Shown here: in pieces, positions 57,934 to 64,000 of the stretch
Layout: each line of letters begins with the position of its first letter
Position numbering within the stretch: the first letter of the stretch is position 1
Source: Terriglobia bacterium
GTDB taxonomy: Bacteria; Acidobacteriota; Terriglobia; JAJPHL01; JAPKYU01
NCBI GenBank assembly: GCA_965206645.1
Contig: CBDBKE010000004.1
Coordinates: forward strand, 928,001-992,000
Direction: 5' to 3'
Length of the DNA: 64,000 bases
Made by a program: the position numbers and the translations under genes
The notes under the pieces: generated by a model
Told to the model about the DNA's origin: nothing
Seen by the model: the letters and a program-made list of their open reading frames with translations, nothing else
The model's database searches: none

Positions 57934-60657
57934 ATGAAGTGCATCGCCATCACTGCCCTGTTGTGTGTGCTGTGCGCCTCGGCGGCGAGCCTAGCAGCCG
58001 AGCGCAGCCGCTCGCTGGACGGGGAATGGGAGTTCCGCACGAACATAGGCGCCTGGCGCACCGCCAGGGTGCCGCTGCCCATCCAGGCGCAGTTCGAGGA
58101 CCTGCGGGACTTTTCCGGCGTGGCCTGGTACCGCAAGCGCTTTGTCGCTCCCGGTTCCACGCGCGGGCGGACGGTGCTGCTGAAGTTTGGAGCGGTGGAC
58201 TACAGGGCCGTGGTGCTGGTCAACGGCCGGGAGGCTGGCCGGCACGAGGGCGGCTACCTACCTTTCAGCCTCGATATCGGGCATCTGCTCCAGCCCGGCG
58301 AGAACGAGATACTGGTGCGCGTGGAGGATCCTGGCTCGCAGCCCGAGATTCCGCACGGCAAGCAGAACTGGTACCTGCAGGTCAGCGGCTTGTGGCAGAG
58401 CGTGACCTGGGAGCTGCGCCCTCGCGACCGAATTGAGTCGTTCCGGATCACGGCTGGTGCCGACGGGTCCTTCCGGGCGGAGGTCCGGCCCGCAGGCAAA
58501 GCGCGCCTGGAGATCCGCGATCCCGGGGGCCGGGTCGTGCACCGCGGCGACCTGGAAGGGAAGCTGAAAAAACCACGGCTTTGGTCGCCGGCTTCTCCTG
58601 AGCTGTACACAGCCCGTGTCCGCCGGGGACGCGACAACGTGGAGACTCGCTTCGGCTTCCGTACCTTTGAAAAACGCGAAGGGAAATTTTATCTGAACGG
58701 CAAGCCGTTCTACATCCGGGGCGCGGTGGACCAGGGGTTTTACCCCGAAGGCATCTATACCCCACCGTCCAAGGAGTTCCTGCTGAAGCAGTTCCACAAA
58801 GCGCGCCAGCTCGGCTTGAACCTGCTGCGCTGTCAGCTCAAGGTGCCCGATCCGCGCTACCTCGAAGCAGCCGACGAAGTTGGGCTGTTGGTCTGGTATG
58901 AGATCCCCAACTTCGATCGGCTCACCGAGGACTCGCGCCCGCGGGCCGAGGAGACGTTGCGCGGGATGCTGGAGCGTGATGCCAACCACCCCAGCTTGGT
59001 CATCGTCAGCCTGTTCAACGAGAGCTGGGGGATTGACCTGGGGCGCGCCGACCAGCGCGCCTTCCTGGAAAGCTTCGTCGGGCGCGCCCGCAAGCTGGCC
59101 GCCCCGATGCTGGTGGTGGACAACAGCCCCTGCTGCTCCAACTTTCACCTGGACACCGACATTGCCGATTTTCACCGGTACAATTCCATCCCCGACCAAG
59201 CCGCCATGTTCGGGGCCTGGGTGAAGCAGTACGGGAGTCGTCCCAAGTGGCTGTACAGTGTGCACGCGGACGCGCGCGGTGCATCTTCCGATGGCGGAGG
59301 GGACGACGCGCCTCTGGTGGTTTCCGAGTTCGGCAGCTGGGGGTTACCGCGGCTGCCAGACAAGCCGCCCTGGTGGTTTTCGCGCGGCCGGCCTGGCTCT
59401 CAGCAAGCCATCACGGTCCCGGCGGGCGTCGAGGAACGCTTCCGCCAGTGGAAGCTTGACGCGGTCTTCAGGGATTACGCAGCGCTGGTAGAAGCCACGC
59501 AATTACACCAATGGCGTTCCCTCAAGCATCAAATCGAGGTCATCCGCGCCGAGCCGGCCATCCAGGGCTACGTGATCTCCCAGTTCACCGACGTGAATTG
59601 GGAAGCGAATGGCCTGCTGGACATGGATCGCAATCCGAAGGTGTTCGGCGACGTCTCGGCCGCCTTGCAGGCCGACGACCTGATCCTGCCTGGCATCGCC
59701 CCGCGCAATGTTTTCGCGGGCGACGAAATCCGGATCCCCGTGAGCTTCTCACACTACTCGGCCTTGCCGACGGCCGGCACCGTGCTCATTTGGGAGCTGG
59801 AAGGCACCGAGCAGGGCGGCTCCCTCCCACTACCCGAGATCACACGAGGGGAAGTGAAACCGGTAGGCGAAATCGTCGTCAAGATCCCGCAGATCCACAC
59901 GCCAGGCAGGTTCTTGCTGAAGCTGAATGCCGGAACCCGGGTTCGCAATTCTCTGGAGCTATTTGCCTACCCTGTGCCAGTGGAGCCGAGAGAGGTATAT
60001 GTCCACGACCCCGCTAAACGCTTGGCGCTGCCGGGCGCCAAACTCCTGGCCGAAGCGCCTCCGGGCCGGGTGGTGGTGACCACGGTGTTCGATGCTCAAG
60101 TGCGGCAGTACGTGGCCGCCGGCGGCAAGGCGCTGGTGCTGGCCGAGCACCCCGAGGCATTGCCAGCGTTGCCTGCGCTGAAACTTGAGCCGCGGCGCGG
60201 CACCCCACGCGAGGGCAGCAGGATCACCAACTTCAACTGGTACCGCAAGTACTCGCCGCTGTTTGCCGGAACGCCCGGCAACGGGCTGCTGGGTTGGGAA
60301 GCAGCTCAGGCCACTCCGGAACTGGTTCTTGTGGATGTTCCCACTTCGGCCGCTCGTGACGTGTTGGCAGGCATGTTTGTTGGTTGGATTCACCTGCCTG
60401 CGGCTTACGTGGTGCAGGCGCGGCTGGGCCAGGGAGCAGTGCTGATCTCCACGTTCCGGCTAGCCGGCAACTACGGCCGCGACCCGTTCTCCACACAGTT
60501 GCTCCACAACGCCCTCCGCTACCTAAACTCCCCAACCTTTTCCCCGCAATTCCGCTTGTGCCAAGCAAAGATAACGCCTCACCCGAGAAATACAGCCCCC
60601 ATCAGGCGCCAGACGAATTCCGGCAGAGTCGTACAGAAATCAAAAGGAGAGGCGTAA
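57934..60657 (+). CDS. Secreted glycoside hydrolase family 2 protein
   Basis: LDGEW, FGAVDY, HEGGY, SGLWQSV, GFRTF, NHPSLV..LFNESWG, VSEFG. Confidence 0.88.
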   Translation: MKCIAITALLCVLCASAASLAAERSRSLDGEWEFRTNIGAWRTARVPLPIQAQFEDLRDFSGVAWYRKRFVAPGSTRGRTVLLKFGAVDYRAVVLVNGREAGRHEGGYLPFSLDIGHLLQPGENEILVRVEDPGSQPEIPHGKQNWYLQVSGLWQSVTWELRPRDRIESFRITAGADGSFRAEVRPAGKARLEIRDPGGRVVHRGDLEGKLKKPRLWSPASPELYTARVRRGRDNVETRFGFRTFEKREGKFYLNGKPFYIRGAVDQGFYPEGIYTPPSKEFLLKQFHKARQLGLNLLRCQLKVPDPRYLEAADEVGLLVWYEIPNFDRLTEDSRPRAEETLRGMLERDANHPSLVIVSLFNESWGIDLGRADQRAFLESFVGRARKLAAPMLVVDNSPCCSNFHLDTDIADFHRYNSIPDQAAMFGAWVKQYGSRPKWLYSVHADARGASSDGGGDDAPLVVSEFGSWGLPRLPDKPPWWFSRGRPGSQQAITVPAGVEERFRQWKLDAVFRDYAALVEATQLHQWRSLKHQIEVIRAEPAIQGYVISQFTDVNWEANGLLDMDRNPKVFGDVSAALQADDLILPGIAPRNVFAGDEIRIPVSFSHYSALPTAGTVLIWELEGTEQGGSLPLPEITRGEVKPVGEIVVKIPQIHTPGRFLLKLNAGTRVRNSLELFAYPVPVEPREVYVHDPAKRLALPGAKLLAEAPPGRVVVTTVFDAQVRQYVAAGGKALVLAEHPEALPALPALKLEPRRGTPREGSRITNFNWYRKYSPLFAGTPGNGLLGWEAAQATPELVLVDVPTSAARDVLAGMFVGWIHLPAAYVVQARLGQGAVLISTFRLAGNYGRDPFSTQLLHNALRYLNSPTFSPQFRLCQAKITPHPRNTAPIRRQTNSGRVVQKSKGEA

Positions 60658-60673
60658 ATCGGTTTGCCTGTCG

Positions 60674-63382
60674 CTAGGCGGTGCGCATGACTTCTTCGCG
60701 GGTGCCTTCCAGAACCACGGCCTGGGCAGCAGCCAGCCGGGCGATGGGCACCCGGTAGGGCGAACAGCTCACGTAGTCCAACCTCGCGCGGTGACAGAAC
60801 ATCACCGAGCTGGGCTCGCCGCCGTGCTCGCCGCAGATACCCACTTCCAGGTCCGGTCGCGTCTGGCGGCCGCGCTGGGTGGCCATCTCCACCAATTGTC
60901 CGACGCCCTCCTGGTCCAGCACGGCAAACGGGTCGTTCTGGAAAATCTTCTGCTTGAGGTAGGCTTCCAGGAACTTGAAGCTATCGTCACGCGAGAAACC
61001 GAAGGTGGTCTGGGTCAGGTCATTCGTGCCAAAGCTGAAGAACTCGGCGTCGCGAGCGATCTGGTCGGCGGTCAGGGACGCGCGGGGCACCTCGATCATG
61101 GTGCCCACCAGGTAGCGCACCCGGAGGCCCTGTTTGGCGAACACCTCCTCAGCCACCTTGTCCACGATCTCCCGCTGCAGGGTGAGTTCCTTGCGGATGC
61201 CCACCAGCGGAATCATGATCTCCGGAATCACCTTCTTCCCTTCGCGGGTGACGATACAGGCCGCTTCCAGAATGGCCCGCGCCTGCGTCTCGGAGATCTC
61301 CGGATAGACGATCCCCAGCCGGCAGCCGCGGTGGCCCAGCATGGGGTTGAGCTCGTGCAGTTCCTCCACCCGACGCAACAGCGTTTCTTTCTCCTGGAGC
61401 TTCTTCTTGGGCGCCTTTTTGGCCCTCAGCAGGGCGATCTCCACCATCAGCTCTTCGCGCTTGGGGAGGAACTCATGCAGCGGGGGGTCCAGCAGGCGAA
61501 TCACCACCGGATAGCCGTCCATAACGCGGAACAGGCCAACGAAATCCTTCCGCTGCATGGGAAGCAGCTTGGCCAGAGCCTTGCGCCGCTCCTTCTCGGT
61601 CCGTGCCAGGATCATGGCCTGCATGTGAGGCAGGCGCTCGGCGGCGAAGAACATGTGCTCGGTGCGACACAGGCCGATGCCTTCCGCGCCGAAGCGCCGC
61701 GCCACTTCCGCGTCGCGGGGGATGTCGGCGTTAGCGCGCACGCCCAGGCGGCGCACTTCATCAGCCCAGCTCATGAAGGTGGCGAAGTCGCCGCCGGCCG
61801 GGTCGGGATCGAGCGTCCGTGCCTGGCCGAGGAGGACCCGGCCGTTCGAGCCGTCCAAAGAAATCCAGTCGCCTTCCTTGATGACCAAGCCGTCCACCGA
61901 CATGCGCTGCTTCTCGGCCTCGACGGAAATGGCGCCGGCGCCGGCTACGCAGCACTTGCCCATGCCGCGAGCCACCACCGCAGCGTGACTGGTCATGCCG
62001 CCGCGGGAAGTGAGAATGCCCACCGCCACTTCCATACCGTGGATATCATCGGGCACGGTCTCGGCGCGCACCAGCACCACCGGCTGGGTCTTGCCCTTGG
62101 CCACCGCATCGTCGGCGTGAAACACGGCGCGGCCCACGGCGGCGCCGGGTGAAGCCGGCAGGCCGGTCGCCAGCAGCTTCAGCCGATCTTTGCCGTTCGC
62201 GGCCAGCACGCCTTGGGTGTCTTCCGCGAGAATCGGGTGAAGCAACTGGTCGAGCTGCCCGGCCTCGACCCGCATCAGCGCTTCTTCCTTGCTGAGCAAG
62301 CCCTCGTTCACCATGTCCACCGCGATCCTGATTGCAGCCTTTCCGGTGCGCTTGCCGTTACGGGTTTGCAGCATGTACAGCTTGCCCTCCTGGATCGTGA
62401 ACTCGAAGTCCTGCACGTCCTTGTAGTGCCGCTCCAGGCGGGTGGTGATCTGGTGCAACTGCTGGTAGACCTCCGGCATGATCCGCTCCAGTTCGCGGAT
62501 GGGCACCGGGGTGCGGATGCCCGCCACCACGTCTTCACCCTGCGCGTTCATCAGGAACTCGCCGTAGAACTCGCGCTCGCCGGTCGAGGGGTTGCGGGTG
62601 AAGCCGACACCGGTGCCACTCGTTTCGCCCAGGTTGCCGAAGACCATGGCCTGCACGTTGACCGCCGTGCCCAAGTCGCCGGGGATGCTGTTCATCCGGC
62701 GATAGTGGATGGCCCGCGCGTTGTTCCAGGAACGGAAGACAGCGTCGCGAGCCATCAGCAGCTGCTGGCGGGCGTCCTGTGGGAAGGGCCGGCCTGCCTC
62801 GCGCTTCACCAGCTTCTGGTAGTCGGCTGCCACCCGCTCGAGAGCGGCTGCGTCCAGCTCTGTGTCTAGCCGGGCGCGCGATTTCTTCTTCTGGCCCTCG
62901 AAAATGTGGTCGAACTCATCCTTCTTGATCTCCAGTACCACGTTACCGAACATCTGGATGAAGCGCCGGTAACTGTCCCAGGCAAAGCGCGGGTTGTTGG
63001 TCCTGCGGGCCAGCGCCTGGACGCTCTGGTCGTTTAGGCCCAGGTTCAGGATGGTGTCCATCATCCCGGGCATGGAAAACTTGGCCCCGGAGCGCACGCT
63101 GACCAGCAGCGGGTCGTCCGCGTTGCCCAGGCGCCGTCTCTGCAATGCCTCCAGCCGGCTGAGGGCTGCGGCCATCTGGGGCTCCACCTCGGCTGGCAGG
63201 CTGCCGTCCAGTGCGAAGTAATCGAGGCAGGCGCGGGTGGAAATGGTGAACCCCGGCGGCACGGGCAGTCCCGCGTTGCTCATTTCCGCCAGGCCGGCTC
63301 CCTTGCCGCCCAGCTCCTCTTTCATCCTGCCGTGGCCCTCGGCCTGGCCCGCTCCAAAGAAGTACACGTACTTCGTCTTCAT
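60674..63382 (-). CDS. ppdK: Pyruvate, phosphate dikinase
   Basis: LGGKGAGL, VSVRSGA, GGMTSHAAVV, GLCRTEHMF, SFGTNDL, GICGEHGG. Confidence 0.97.
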   Translation of the reverse strand: MKTKYVYFFGAGQAEGHGRMKEELGGKGAGLAEMSNAGLPVPPGFTISTRACLDYFALDGSLPAEVEPQMAAALSRLEALQRRRLGNADDPLLVSVRSGAKFSMPGMMDTILNLGLNDQSVQALARRTNNPRFAWDSYRRFIQMFGNVVLEIKKDEFDHIFEGQKKKSRARLDTELDAAALERVAADYQKLVKREAGRPFPQDARQQLLMARDAVFRSWNNARAIHYRRMNSIPGDLGTAVNVQAMVFGNLGETSGTGVGFTRNPSTGEREFYGEFLMNAQGEDVVAGIRTPVPIRELERIMPEVYQQLHQITTRLERHYKDVQDFEFTIQEGKLYMLQTRNGKRTGKAAIRIAVDMVNEGLLSKEEALMRVEAGQLDQLLHPILAEDTQGVLAANGKDRLKLLATGLPASPGAAVGRAVFHADDAVAKGKTQPVVLVRAETVPDDIHGMEVAVGILTSRGGMTSHAAVVARGMGKCCVAGAGAISVEAEKQRMSVDGLVIKEGDWISLDGSNGRVLLGQARTLDPDPAGGDFATFMSWADEVRRLGVRANADIPRDAEVARRFGAEGIGLCRTEHMFFAAERLPHMQAMILARTEKERRKALAKLLPMQRKDFVGLFRVMDGYPVVIRLLDPPLHEFLPKREELMVEIALLRAKKAPKKKLQEKETLLRRVEELHELNPMLGHRGCRLGIVYPEISETQARAILEAACIVTREGKKVIPEIMIPLVGIRKELTLQREIVDKVAEEVFAKQGLRVRYLVGTMIEVPRASLTADQIARDAEFFSFGTNDLTQTTFGFSRDDSFKFLEAYLKQKIFQNDPFAVLDQEGVGQLVEMATQRGRQTRPDLEVGICGEHGGEPSSVMFCHRARLDYVSCSPYRVPIARLAAAQAVVLEGTREEVMRTA

Positions 63383-63386
63383 TGCC

Positions 63387-64000
63387 CTACACTCCCTGAA
63401 CGGTCGAAGTTTGTTCTTTGCTCACGACGATTTCAGAAAAATCGGCCACTCGCGTGAAGGCACGCAGCAGCCAGGCCAGCAGGGTCAGGCGATTCTGGCG
63501 AACACGCTCGTCGTTGGCCATCACCAGAACCTGATCGAAGTAAGCATCCACCAGGGGCCGCAACCCTGCGATGCGCCGCAGCACGGCTTCGTAATCCAGA
63601 CTTTCTTTGGTTTCCTCAATAATACGCCGAGCTTCAGCGTAGAGATCGGCCTCGGCGCCCGCTTCCAGCAGCGACGCGTCGGGCTCGCCGGAAAACTGAC
63701 CAGCACCGCCAGCTTTCGTCAAAATATTCCTGATCCGCTTGAAGGCCGCCGAGAGCGGCTCAAAGTTTTCCGTCGGCCGCACGCGCGCAAGAGCTTGGCA
63801 CCGCGCAACCGCATCCGGCACATCACCGGAGGAGCCAGCGAGAACCGCATTCACCTCGTCGGAGCGGAAACTGAGCACCTCGCGCAGGTAGTAGCGGAGC
63901 CGATCCAGAAAGAAGTCGCGTAAGTCACGAGCGGCTTCCGGAGTGGGTTGCGCAGCGGCAATTAAATCCTCCAGCCTGGCGCGCAGTCCGTGGTCGGCCA
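63387..64000 (-). CDS. glyS: Glycine--tRNA ligase beta subunit, C-terminal part (runs off the window)
   Basis: FFLDRLRYYL, AFKRIRNIL, YFDQVLVM, RQNRL.LL, ADFS anticodon-binding domain; glyS-ppdK order. Confidence 0.9.
   Translation of the reverse strand, partial: ADHGLRARLEDLIAAAQPTPEAARDLRDFFLDRLRYYLREVLSFRSDEVNAVLAGSSGDVPDAVARCQALARVRPTENFEPLSAAFKRIRNILTKAGGAGQFSGEPDASLLEAGAEADLYAEARRIIEETKESLDYEAVLRRIAGLRPLVDAYFDQVLVMANDERVRQNRLTLLAWLLRAFTRVADFSEIVVSKEQTSTVQGV

Overview
High-GC bacterial chromosomal window; gene content and protein style suggest Acidobacteria, which is an inference. Most of it is housekeeping: icd-type dehydrogenase, pilT, recX, alaS, purB, selB, mutS2, efp, xseA, ndk, sucCD, trpDGE, aroD-aroE fusion, pgsA, hfq-hflX, guaB, sod, gntK-tal-pgl, ppdK and partial glyS. 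One decaying accessory island of about 8.5 kb (about 25860-34365) is bounded by an 11-bp direct repeat at the xseA 3' end. It carries FHA, GGDEF, PilZ, MBL-hydrolase-PilZ and TadG-like genes plus broken serine and tyrosine recombinases. Best leads: (1) a GxxExxY nuclease-fold gene enclosed by a 28-bp inverted repeat of 9-nt units inside the sucCD-ndk-xseA operon, with short-period repeat tracts at other gene junctions; (2) a PGNK-loop EF-P followed by a deoxyhypusine-synthase-like gene; (3) a shared CRP-like upstream module on three consecutive island genes, with a G12 frameshift in the TadG-like gene; (4) hflX lacking a canonical in-frame start; (5) a chain of AUGA-coupled mini-ORFs in front of alaS and a low-GC patch inside it; (6) an unassigned structured RNA-like element upstream of pgsA. 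No tRNA, rRNA or CRISPR array was recognised. All calls come from reading motifs by eye; no database searches were run.
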